Position numbers and translations under genes: made by a program
The notes under the pieces: generated by a model
What the model was told of the DNA's origin: nothing
Database searches by the model: none
What the model saw: only the letters and a program-made list of their open reading frames with translations
In this document: positions 20,829 to 28,960 of the stretch, in pieces
Numbering within the stretch: the first letter of the stretch is position 1
Layout of the letters: each line of letters opens with the position of its first letter
IMG/VR virus record: IMGVR_UViG_3300027848_000027
Span: 1 to 54,888 of that record
Reading direction: 5' to 3' (one strand)
Origin: a virus
Taxonomy: Duplodnaviria; Caudoviricetes
DNA: 54,888 nt

Positions 20829-21347
20829 TTAACAGAATTCACTAGACGAAGATACTCTAAGTCCATCAACTAATCTATCTTCATATTCAGGTCTAGCCGA
20901 CCATGGACGTTCCTTACCTTTTTTATCGTATTGTTCTTTGTAGTATTTCTCACCTACATGATATCCATCAGGTTGTCCCCATTCTAGAGCCATTGTAATA
21001 AATTCTTCTACTTCTATTTCATCTCCATATTCATTGACTATCCTACCGGATCTTATGAATTCAAGAAGCTCCTCTTTATTTTTGTAGAATTTATCATCAT
21101 TGAAATTCCAACAAAACACCCATCCGGAACTTCGTTTACCGACATGAATATTTGTCTTATTTATGAATTCATCCCATGGAGATATTTTAGAGTCCCATTC
21201 ATTAGTTGTATCAGGGTCGTCTATGTTTCTAAATCCATTTTCTACCATGTTTGCTCTCATGTCGATGTCCTCTACTCGTTCTTGTAAAACTCCCTTTCGG
21301 TGTTTCATTTCCTTTACAGTCGGTATTCTATAATAGTTAGTTGACAT
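20829..21347 (-). CDS. Conserved phage hypothetical protein
   Basis: MSTNYY...HVGKRSSGW.F...IVNEYG..I..EEF pattern seen in phage hypotheticals. Confidence 0.75.
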   Translation of the reverse strand: MSTNYYRIPTVKEMKHRKGVLQERVEDIDMRANMVENGFRNIDDPDTTNEWDSKISPWDEFINKTNIHVGKRSSGWVFCWNFNDDKFYKNKEELLEFIRSGRIVNEYGDEIEVEEFITMALEWGQPDGYHVGEKYYKEQYDKKGKERPWSARPEYEDRLVDGLRVSSSSEFC

Positions 21348-21350
21348 TGT

Positions 21351-21776
21351 TTATAGTTTTAGGCCACATGTACATCTGCAGCGATTTGTGTTTTTAAATT
21401 CTGACCATACATCTTTTCCTTCATGTATTTCGTAATGTCCATCATTCCATCTTAGAATTCCAACAGGTGGATGCTTTACAACATGTGCATCTGAAGTAGC
21501 TCTTAACCATTTTTCAATTCTCATTGATATCTTGGCTCCAGTAACAGATCCAATCATTGTTCCAATTGCATATGGAATAAACAGAGACCAACTCATATCC
21601 GCTAGAATAAGTTCTCTAAATGTAAGGAACCATATTGTGTTTGAAAAGAATGAAGCGATCAAATGATACTTCATATTATTTCTGTTTCGAGATCTCGAAA
21701 CAATCGAGAAACTAATATTCTGTGCAAATGATAATGCAAATATTGTACTAATTGCTATAATATAAGTAAATTCCAT
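21351..21776 (-). CDS. Small membrane protein (three predicted TM helices)
   Basis: Three hydrophobic segments in the N-terminal ~85 aa. Confidence 0.7.
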   Translation of the reverse strand: MEFTYIIAISTIFALSFAQNISFSIVSRSRNRNNMKYHLIASFFSNTIWFLTFRELILADMSWSLFIPYAIGTMIGSVTGAKISMRIEKWLRATSDAHVVKHPPVGILRWNDGHYEIHEGKDVWSEFKNTNRCRCTCGLKL

Positions 21777-22054
21777 GGTTGTTTAATTTTAGGTGAGCAT
21801 CCAAGATGTATTGTTATTTCAAACATTCTTTTCTTATATCCTTTTATTTTTAATTCATTTCCTATATCATTTATTATATTAGACATGACCTTCTCTTCTA
21901 TTTCATAATCCATGAATGGGATATCTTTTTCTCCTCGTTCATTTAATGTAGCGTTAGACACTAGTTCATCGAAGTCTCCTGATGGAGTAGATGCCTTGAA
22001 TAATCTACGATAACATTCAAGAATTGCCTCTTCCTCTCGTTTAGTTGCTCTCAC
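21755..22054 (-). CDS. Hypothetical protein (likely GTG start at 22054)
   Basis: ORF in a tightly packed operon. The alternative start minimises overlap with the upstream gene. Confidence 0.6.
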   Translation of the reverse strand: MRATKREEEAILECYRRLFKASTPSGDFDELVSNATLNERGEKDIPFMDYEIEEKVMSNIINDIGNELKIKGYKKRMFEITIHLGCSPKIKQPWNLLIL

Positions 22055-22622
22055 TTTTACGTTTCTTTTTAAGTTCCCAAATGAACTTGTTTCTAAATTC
22101 TTTATCATCCCATCCTGGAATAAGTTCTTCTATCGTTTTAGGAGTGTAATCGATTTGTTCCATTGATACGCATATGTATCTAGGATCTTTTTTCTTAAAC
22201 CATCGTCCTAACAATCCATGAGTTTCACAATTATATTCATGAATATGACCATGTATATTATATGGAATTCTGTACTTTAGTTCACGTGGATGGATAGGAG
22301 CATGTGTTAGAAAGATCCCTTTGTACTTTATCATTCCACCTATAGATTCTACATGCTTTAGCAATTCGTGACAGTGGCGAAGCATATCATGATTTCCACC
22401 AATAACACGCTTAATGCCATTTAATCTATCTAAGTATCGGTACCCTGAAATCTTTTCCATTGTTATATCACCTAATATATAGGTGATATCTTGTTTTCCA
22501 ACAACACTATTCCACTTAGATACGATATACTCATCGTGCTCTTCCGCTGAAATAAATCCTCTCTTTTTTGCCATGTTTTCATGTTCAAAGTGAGGATCTG
22601 CACAAATTCTTACTATACTCAT
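22041..22622 (-). CDS. Calcineurin-like metallophosphoesterase
   Basis: D.HF.H, LGD, GNHD, THAP and HGHIH motifs. Confidence 0.9.
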   Translation of the reverse strand: MSIVRICADPHFEHENMAKKRGFISAEEHDEYIVSKWNSVVGKQDITYILGDITMEKISGYRYLDRLNGIKRVIGGNHDMLRHCHELLKHVESIGGMIKYKGIFLTHAPIHPRELKYRIPYNIHGHIHEYNCETHGLLGRWFKKKDPRYICVSMEQIDYTPKTIEELIPGWDDKEFRNKFIWELKKKRKSESN

Positions 22623-23419
22623 ACTACGTCGTCAGTTTCCAATTCATATACAATCTTAGGAATAATTGACGAGAATTTTTCTCTATCTTTAGTGATCCAA
22701 ATTGCACCATCTGTTACCCATCTAGTTCTAGTTGAAATGCCTCCATCAAATACAACATCAGTTCCTTTCATATGAACTGGATTTTCTATATCATATTGTT
22801 CTTTGATACACATTCTACCTCTTTTGAATCCTACAGGTAGATCATTCCAGTTGACTCCTTTCTCTATGCACATGTCTTGCATTTGACTTGTATTTACACC
22901 ATGTAATTCTATATGAGGATGTAGAGACTGAGCAGTCATTGAAATAGAATTTCTAACTGCATCATTTTGTCTCCATACAAAATAGTTCTCAACTTCAATA
23001 GGGTCCGGAATTGTAAATACTCTAGCATCGAAAAATGCAATAGATTCAGTTAATTTTCGATCTCTCATCGCTTCATTGAAATATGCAGTACACATTGATG
23101 CAACTACACTTGCAATCTTTTGAATTGATCCATCGAAAAATGCACTAGTTGAGGTTTTTTCAAAATCAGTTAATAATAAACTGATTTCATCAGATTGAAT
23201 ATATGCAAGTTTTACTCCTTGAACATTCTCACATAATTTCTGGGCAGCTTGATCCATGCACCACATTAAATCTAGATCATATGGACGTTTCATTCCTCTT
23301 GTAAAAGTATGGAATGCTTTACCGTCTAATCTTATGATAGTGTAAGTTCTTCTAGGAAGAAGATATTTTGTACGTACCTCATACTGCGATTTCATTCTAT
23401 CTCCTAATGAGTCTTTCAT
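22619..23419 (-). CDS. tRNA(His) guanylyltransferase Thg1-like protein (3'-5' polymerase)
   Basis: RMK.QYE, RLDGKAFHTFT, QSDEISL, FDARVF and WRQNDAVRNS motifs. Confidence 0.92.
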   Translation of the reverse strand: MKDSLGDRMKSQYEVRTKYLLPRRTYTIIRLDGKAFHTFTRGMKRPYDLDLMWCMDQAAQKLCENVQGVKLAYIQSDEISLLLTDFEKTSTSAFFDGSIQKIASVVASMCTAYFNEAMRDRKLTESIAFFDARVFTIPDPIEVENYFVWRQNDAVRNSISMTAQSLHPHIELHGVNTSQMQDMCIEKGVNWNDLPVGFKRGRMCIKEQYDIENPVHMKGTDVVFDGGISTRTRWVTDGAIWITKDREKFSSIIPKIVYELETDDVV

Positions 23420-23507
23420 ATCAATTCAATTTATACAGAAATTATACTACACTTATATTAATTTTTACATTTGATCTCTAAATAAATAAATAAAAATACT
23501 AAGACAC

Positions 23508-24185
23508 ATGTCAAATGTTTATAATTTCAATGAATGGTCTGCTAGAATTAACGAGCAAGCGGAAGATGGTAGTAAAACAGCAACAGGTAATATTGCAGTA
23601 TTCTTAATGGGATCGCAACAATATCCTACTCAGAAAGCATTAAGTAGATCATCTGTATTATATGATGTGAAAAAAGGGAAAGATGAAGCGGTTGTAATGT
23701 TTTATAAAGAAGTACCTGGACAGTCTCGCACGGTAAATGCGGTAGATTTTGTACATGGTAAAAATAACACATCTCTTACTGGAAACATATTAATGGGTAT
23801 AGAAAATACTCAAAATCCAAGATATATTGCGATTGGGAATTTAGTAACCGGTCCAGTTAAATCTAGAACAGTTGGAGCAAAAACGCTCGTAGTTTTTACA
23901 TTAAGAGGTGAAGATGCAAATACAGCAATTGCAAATGTTCAATCGTCTACTAGTATACCAAATACGATGATTGATTTTGTTAAATTATTAGTTAACAAAT
24001 TAAGTTATGTAGAAGGTCAATATGATGAGGTAGTTATTAAACAATTAACAGCAAAGGCAATAGAAAGTAAGTTTGTAAATAATGATCTCGATGAAAAACA
24101 AAAAATGAATTATTCAGCTAGATCAAATGAGGAGATAAAAAGCTCATTAGATATTAAATCTATAATGATACAGAATAAAGGATAA
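23508..24185 (+). CDS. Hypothetical protein, possible virion internal protein
   Basis: Lone plus-strand gene with tandem TAAATA motifs at 23479-23492. N-terminus VYNFNEWSARINE. Confidence 0.75.
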   Translation: MSNVYNFNEWSARINEQAEDGSKTATGNIAVFLMGSQQYPTQKALSRSSVLYDVKKGKDEAVVMFYKEVPGQSRTVNAVDFVHGKNNTSLTGNILMGIENTQNPRYIAIGNLVTGPVKSRTVGAKTLVVFTLRGEDANTAIANVQSSTSIPNTMIDFVKLLVNKLSYVEGQYDEVVIKQLTAKAIESKFVNNDLDEKQKMNYSARSNEEIKSSLDIKSIMIQNKG

Positions 24186-24215
24186 TTGATATGAATATAT
24201 GAGTAATCTAAATGA

Positions 24216-24719
24216 TTACTCATATATTATATTATCACTGATACTTCCTATATTTTGAAATTCATTTGAATCATTAAAATTATCATACCAAATACATATC
24301 CATCTGATACATTCCCCAGTATTAATATCATATATTCTTAAATCTTCTGATCCATATCCAAATCCTTCATATACTATTCTATATTTAGTGGAATCACTAT
24401 ATATTTCAGAGTTTACATTATCTTCAATCCATTTCCAGAATGGTAATTCTAGATTATTTTGGATGTTGTGAACTATTAATAATTCTATTCTTGGATTAAT
24501 TTTACCATATTTATATTTAGATGTATTATCTGAAAATATTAATTCAAGTAATCCTATTGTAGATAAATCATTGTCGCCACTTTTATGTTTTAGATAGATT
24601 CCTGAATTAGAACTGATTTCATTTAATGTTATTTCATCAATTAGAGAATCAACATTCTGAGAGTATGTTATATTTGATGTTAATAATATTAATATCGATG
24701 CAATAATTAAATTTTTCAT
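24216..24719 (-). CDS. Putative secreted/periplasmic protein
   Basis: Signal peptide-like N-terminus MKNLIIASILILLTSNITYS-Q. The Gln at +1 is typical of Bacteroidota. Confidence 0.7.
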   Translation of the reverse strand: MKNLIIASILILLTSNITYSQNVDSLIDEITLNEISSNSGIYLKHKSGDNDLSTIGLLELIFSDNTSKYKYGKINPRIELLIVHNIQNNLELPFWKWIEDNVNSEIYSDSTKYRIVYEGFGYGSEDLRIYDINTGECIRWICIWYDNFNDSNEFQNIGSISDNIIYE

Positions 24720-24778
24720 TTTGGATGTTTTAATTGGTTACATATTTAATATACTACATATTTACATCCAATTAAAAT

Positions 24779-26440
24779 TTACCAACTTCCTGAAGATCCT
24801 CCACCTCCTGAAGATCCTCCTCCAAATCCTCCAAATGATGATCCTCCACCGAAGCTACTTCCTGACGAATATGATGACGATGAATATGAATTTCTACGTT
24901 GACGTGCTCTTCTTTCTTCCTCTTCCTTTTTTCTTTTCTTTCTACGTCTTTCGTCTTCCACGTCTTGGACGTCTTGCTCTGCTCTATTTTTAGCACTAGT
25001 AAGTGCATATAGAAGAGATACTAATAGGGCACCGGATACTAATATATTTCCCTTTGAATAATCTGGAGAATATTTTAAGATTGCTTCTTCTGCCTTTTTA
25101 GCTTTCGACTTAGTTGATGATTCAACATCTGAATGATTCATTGCGGAATTCATAGATTTGATTCGATCCGCAATCTTAGGAAATTCACTTTGAATATTTG
25201 ATTTAACACTTTCAAACTCATATAGATGATTCTTATGCTTACTCAATGTTCTACTTGCAGCCTCAATTGATGTTTGACATGCATCATATTCTGCATCAAG
25301 TAGTCTTATTTTAGAAATTTCCAAGTTAGCATCTATTTCCTCTGCATGTTTCTCAGCAAGAGATAAATACTTAAGGACAGAATCTCGATAGAATGGAATA
25401 GAATATTCATGATTCATGTTATACACAATGAATTTTTCCATATCAGCATTAATTGATGTAATGTCTCCTTTTGAAATATTAGCTTTTGAAAATCTAGTAA
25501 TCTTATCTAATCTTTCGTATTCATCGATATATTGAGAAATTTTTGAGAGTTCATACTCACATTGGTCACTGATAATACTTCTTATATTCTGAACAGCTTC
25601 TAACGTTAATGGTTCGTTAGTTAATAATGTAAGTTGAATTTGTTTTAATGTACGATGCATTTCACTAAAATCTCTAGTTTTATCAAGTGATACTAGTTTA
25701 GATAATCTATTTTTAAAATTCTCAACCTTTGATTTATTAGACTCATCAATTTCATTAATTTTAAAAGCAAGTTCTTCAGCTTCTCTTATTAGTCGTTTAT
25801 GACGTCTTACTGAATATCCAATAACTATTGCGATGGTTAAAATAAGTCCCAGTACCATTAATACATCAAGAGTAGTCGACCATGCTTGTGCTCTCCATTC
25901 TGCATCCTTAGCTGCTTGAATTTCAGCGGCAGCTTTTTCATCGGCTGCTATCTGATCTCGTTCAGCCCATGAGTTAGTCCCGAGTTTATTTATGAATGTA
26001 GTTATTAGTGGATCTATTCCGCCGTAGTAGTCATTTTCTTTGAAGTGTTCTGGGAGTACATGTTCTGCTTCTACTTTAGTATAACCATCGGATAGCCATT
26101 TTTCTAGTCCATATCCAACTTCAGTTCTCCACTTTCTTTCGTTTGGGGCAACTAGTAACATTAATCCATCATTTCGTTCGCTACTTCCGATTCCCCATTG
26201 ATTAAATAGATCGTTGGTAAATCCTTCGACGTCTCGACTATTTAATGATTTAACTGTTACAACTGCTATTTGAATTTCAGTTGACTTTTCAAAATCTGAT
26301 ATCTTTTTATTTAGATCAGCCTCCTGTTTATCACTTAATACATTAGCAAAATCGTTTACGTAATTATGGTAATGTAGTTTGTCCTGAGCAAATGTTAATG
26401 TTGATACAAAAACAATAGCAATTAATAATAAATTTTTCAT
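24779..26440 (-). CDS. TPM-domain (YgcG-like) membrane protein with long cytoplasmic region and Gly/Ser tail
   Basis: Signal peptide, VNDFANVLS, QIAVVTV, WGIG...NDGLMLLVAPNER..R.EVGYGLE, a TM helix and a C-terminal GGGSSFGGFGGGSSGGGGSSGSW. Confidence 0.88.
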   Translation of the reverse strand: MKNLLLIAIVFVSTLTFAQDKLHYHNYVNDFANVLSDKQEADLNKKISDFEKSTEIQIAVVTVKSLNSRDVEGFTNDLFNQWGIGSSERNDGLMLLVAPNERKWRTEVGYGLEKWLSDGYTKVEAEHVLPEHFKENDYYGGIDPLITTFINKLGTNSWAERDQIAADEKAAAEIQAAKDAEWRAQAWSTTLDVLMVLGLILTIAIVIGYSVRRHKRLIREAEELAFKINEIDESNKSKVENFKNRLSKLVSLDKTRDFSEMHRTLKQIQLTLLTNEPLTLEAVQNIRSIISDQCEYELSKISQYIDEYERLDKITRFSKANISKGDITSINADMEKFIVYNMNHEYSIPFYRDSVLKYLSLAEKHAEEIDANLEISKIRLLDAEYDACQTSIEAASRTLSKHKNHLYEFESVKSNIQSEFPKIADRIKSMNSAMNHSDVESSTKSKAKKAEEAILKYSPDYSKGNILVSGALLVSLLYALTSAKNRAEQDVQDVEDERRRKKRKKEEEERRARQRRNSYSSSSYSSGSSFGGGSSFGGFGGGSSGGGGSSGSW

Positions 26441-27033
26441 TAGTCGAATTTAATAGTTGGTGCGACGTCTGCTCCTTCGTTCATTTGGAAGTATTCACGT
26501 TTTTCAAATCCGAATTGACCAGACCAGAATTTCCCTAATACTCCAAGTAATTTCTTATTATAGGTTTTTACGACTTTATTAAACTTTTGACGTTCAACTG
26601 TGATCCTATTTTCAGATCCAGATATATCGGCCTGTAGTGAAAGAAATAAATCATTTGCTTTTAGATCAGGATAATTTTCAGTAATCATCATTAATTTTCC
26701 AAGAGCATTTGTAAGATCTCCTTGTGCATTTGAATATGCAGCTAATTGTTCAGCTGTACAATTCGAAGGATCAATTGTGATTTGTGTTGCTTTTGCTCTA
26801 GCTTCAATAACATCAGTTAGAGTTTTGTTTTCGTGGTTAATGTAACCTTGAGTGGTTGCAACTAATTGTGGGATTAAATCTGAACGTCTTTGATAAACGT
26901 TTTCAACTTGTCCCCATGCTTCGTCTACGTCCTCTTCGGCGTATGACATTCCGTTGTATCGGGCACATCCGTTCATTCCTCCAAAGAGTAATAAAGCTCC
27001 GATTACAATTAATACAATGTTACTTTTTTTCAT
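26440..27033 (-). CDS. lemA: LemA family protein
   Basis: AWGQVENVYQRRSDLIPQLV, HE..TLTDVIEARA, ENYPDLKAN and SENRITVERQKFN. TAATG overlap with the TPM gene. Confidence 0.93.
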   Translation of the reverse strand: MKKSNIVLIVIGALLLFGGMNGCARYNGMSYAEEDVDEAWGQVENVYQRRSDLIPQLVATTQGYINHENKTLTDVIEARAKATQITIDPSNCTAEQLAAYSNAQGDLTNALGKLMMITENYPDLKANDLFLSLQADISGSENRITVERQKFNKVVKTYNKKLLGVLGKFWSGQFGFEKREYFQMNEGADVAPTIKFD

Positions 27034-27086
27034 TTGTTTGGTTTTAGTGAATTTAATTGTTTTTCCTTATGGTATTGCTATAATTC

Positions 27087-27114
27087 ATTATACCCTAAAT
27101 AATCCTCAAATTTC
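27087..27114 (-). promoter_or_regulatory. Early/middle-type promoter for lemA-TPM
   Basis: Minus strand GAAATT-N16-TATAAT. Confidence 0.55.
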
Positions 27115-27190
27115 TTATAATATGAAGTTCCACAATATGGTACCCTTAGACTACTTCTTACATCCTTTAATCTTGCTATGATTTTCTTTT

Positions 27191-27454
27191 TCATAACTCA
27201 TCTATTTTTCTAAGAACTCGGTGCCATGCAATTGGGGTACACATCTGAATCTCCCCACCTCCGTTTTCATCAACTTCTCCATCTTCTTCCCATACTTTAA
27301 TTACTTCATCAACAACTGCTTGTAGTTTGGCTTTATCCTCTTCAATTCTAGTTTTAAGAGTATTCATTATTTCCACTGCCTTAGCGTCTAAAAAACTAGA
27401 ACCCCAGTTTATTTTACTAAATAAGTAATCGATGTCTTCTCTGATGTTTGTCAT
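27191..27454 (-). CDS. Hypothetical protein
   Basis: 87-aa ORF (KINWGSSFLDAKA) co-oriented with its neighbours. Confidence 0.65.
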   Translation of the reverse strand: MTNIREDIDYLFSKINWGSSFLDAKAVEIMNTLKTRIEEDKAKLQAVVDEVIKVWEEDGEVDENGGGEIQMCTPIAWHRVLRKIDEL

Positions 27455-27780
27455 TACTTTAAATTTTTAAGTTTCTCTTCCAGTTCCTTATCGGCTCTAT
27501 CTCGGATTAAATTGATGAATGTTTCTTTTGATTGTCCAGTATATGGACAATCTTTTAATTTATAAATCAAGTATACTTAAGAAAACCTTCGAATTTCAAT
27601 TGGGAAATTTTTGGGTGTCTCACTATGCGCGATCTAATGTACTATATAGTAAATCTTTATACTAAAGTAAGGATAAAGAAAAGATAAAGAATATACTTAG
27701 TAATATCCCACCCTCCTACCCTATTTCTACTATGATATTTCAAAAGGTTTTAAAAAAAAGAATAAATAATAGATATAGTT

Positions 27781-27809
27781 GAAACTTTATTTATATATTA
27801 AGGTATAAC
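27781..27809 (+). promoter_or_regulatory. Early/middle-type promoter for ruvC-sigma operon
   Basis: GAAACT-N17-TATAAC, 24 nt upstream of the ruvC ATG. AATAAATA lies just upstream at 27761-27768. Confidence 0.6.
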
Positions 27810-27833
27810 TTATTATAAAATCATCCACTATGA

Positions 27834-28505
27834 ATGACAATAATTTCTATCGACTTTTCAATTCTTTATCCTGGTGTATGTATATGCACTGATTTTAAAG
27901 AATACCAATGGATTTCAATTGTCAATTCTAATATTACAAAGAAACATAGATCTAATTTAGATGATCTTGTTTTAAAATATCCTTCAATACATATATCGTA
28001 CACTGAGTCTAAAAGACGCAAAGATGAACAATATCATGTTACAGAAAGGATAAAACTCCACAATTACTTAGAGGCTACAAATCTTTTAATTTCTCAATTA
28101 GAAAATGTAGTTGATAAAACAGACGACCTTCTTATATCTATCGAAGGTATCTCATTCGGATCTAAAGGTAATGCTTTAGTCGACATCGCTCAAGCTACTG
28201 GTATTATTAAAAATAAATTGGTCGACACCTTTCTTAACGGAGATGTAAGTCGATTCTTTGTTTTTAGCCCAGGAGAACTTAAAAATGCGATCGGCTGTAA
28301 AGGCAATGCACCGAAGGGAGATATATTCGACGCATTTAAAGAAGAACCACTTTTAGATTCTGTCAAAGGATCCGACCTTCATAAAGCAGTCTTAGAAGAA
28401 GACTGGATGACTACAAATAAAGGTGACATTGTCTCTCCTATTATGGATATGATTGATGCGTATTTAGGTGTAGTTAAGATACACAATATACTTAATCAAA
28501 AATAA
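27834..28505 (+). CDS. RuvC-like Holliday junction resolvase
   Basis: IISIDFS...PGVC, ISIEGISFG, LKNAIGCKGNAPK and DMIDAY motifs. Confidence 0.8.
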   Translation: MTIISIDFSILYPGVCICTDFKEYQWISIVNSNITKKHRSNLDDLVLKYPSIHISYTESKRRKDEQYHVTERIKLHNYLEATNLLISQLENVVDKTDDLLISIEGISFGSKGNALVDIAQATGIIKNKLVDTFLNGDVSRFFVFSPGELKNAIGCKGNAPKGDIFDAFKEEPLLDSVKGSDLHKAVLEEDWMTTNKGDIVSPIMDMIDAYLGVVKIHNILNQK

Positions 28506-28515
28506 TACAATATGG

Positions 28516-28929
28516 ATGGAAACTCAACCGAGAACAAGAAAGAAAAGAGGTGACAAGCATTATGTAAATAATAAAGAATTTACAGCTGATATCATCGCAT
28601 GTAAAGGAACAGATGAATTATCTAACTTTGCAGTATCATGTTTTGTAGCATTAGCAAACAGAGCAGTAAATAAAATGTATTATGAAGACTATAGAGACAG
28701 AGAAGACTGTATTCAGTCAGCTCTATTAGACTGTCTTAAGTACTGGAGAGGATTCGACCCAGCAAAAGCAGAAATACCTAACGCATTCGCATATTTTACT
28801 CAAGTATGTAAAAATGGATATGCAAAACAGTGGAAAGCAATACATAAGAAAACTGGATTACAAGACGATGAACCATTAGATTTTATCTCCTTAAGTACTA
28901 CAGGTGATGGAGCTATTTACAGCATCTAA
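28516..28929 (+). CDS. Late-transcription sigma factor (T4 gp55-like)
   Basis: HYVNNKEF, YRDREDCIQ, FDP.K and NAFAYFTQ motifs of gp55-like sigma factors. Confidence 0.82.
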   Translation: METQPRTRKKRGDKHYVNNKEFTADIIACKGTDELSNFAVSCFVALANRAVNKMYYEDYRDREDCIQSALLDCLKYWRGFDPAKAEIPNAFAYFTQVCKNGYAKQWKAIHKKTGLQDDEPLDFISLSTTGDGAIYSI

Positions 28930-28930
28930 T

Positions 28931-28938
28931 GATAAATA
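28931..28938 (+). promoter_or_regulatory. T4-like late promoter
   Basis: GATAAATA, 22 nt upstream of the first structural gene. Confidence 0.65.
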
Positions 28939-28960
28939 ATATAAACAGAAGCATTTATAC

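Noticed and set aside
24779-24900. CCTCC/GAAGATCC repeats and overlapping ORFs at 24721-25008
   Set aside because: Explained by the Gly/Ser-rich tail of the TPM protein; the overlapping ORFs are alternative-frame shadows.
27454-27570. 38-aa TTG-start ORF (MIYKLKDCPYTG...) upstream of the 27191 gene
   Set aside because: The start is weak and overlaps a -10 element. It may be a remnant but cannot be supported as a gene.
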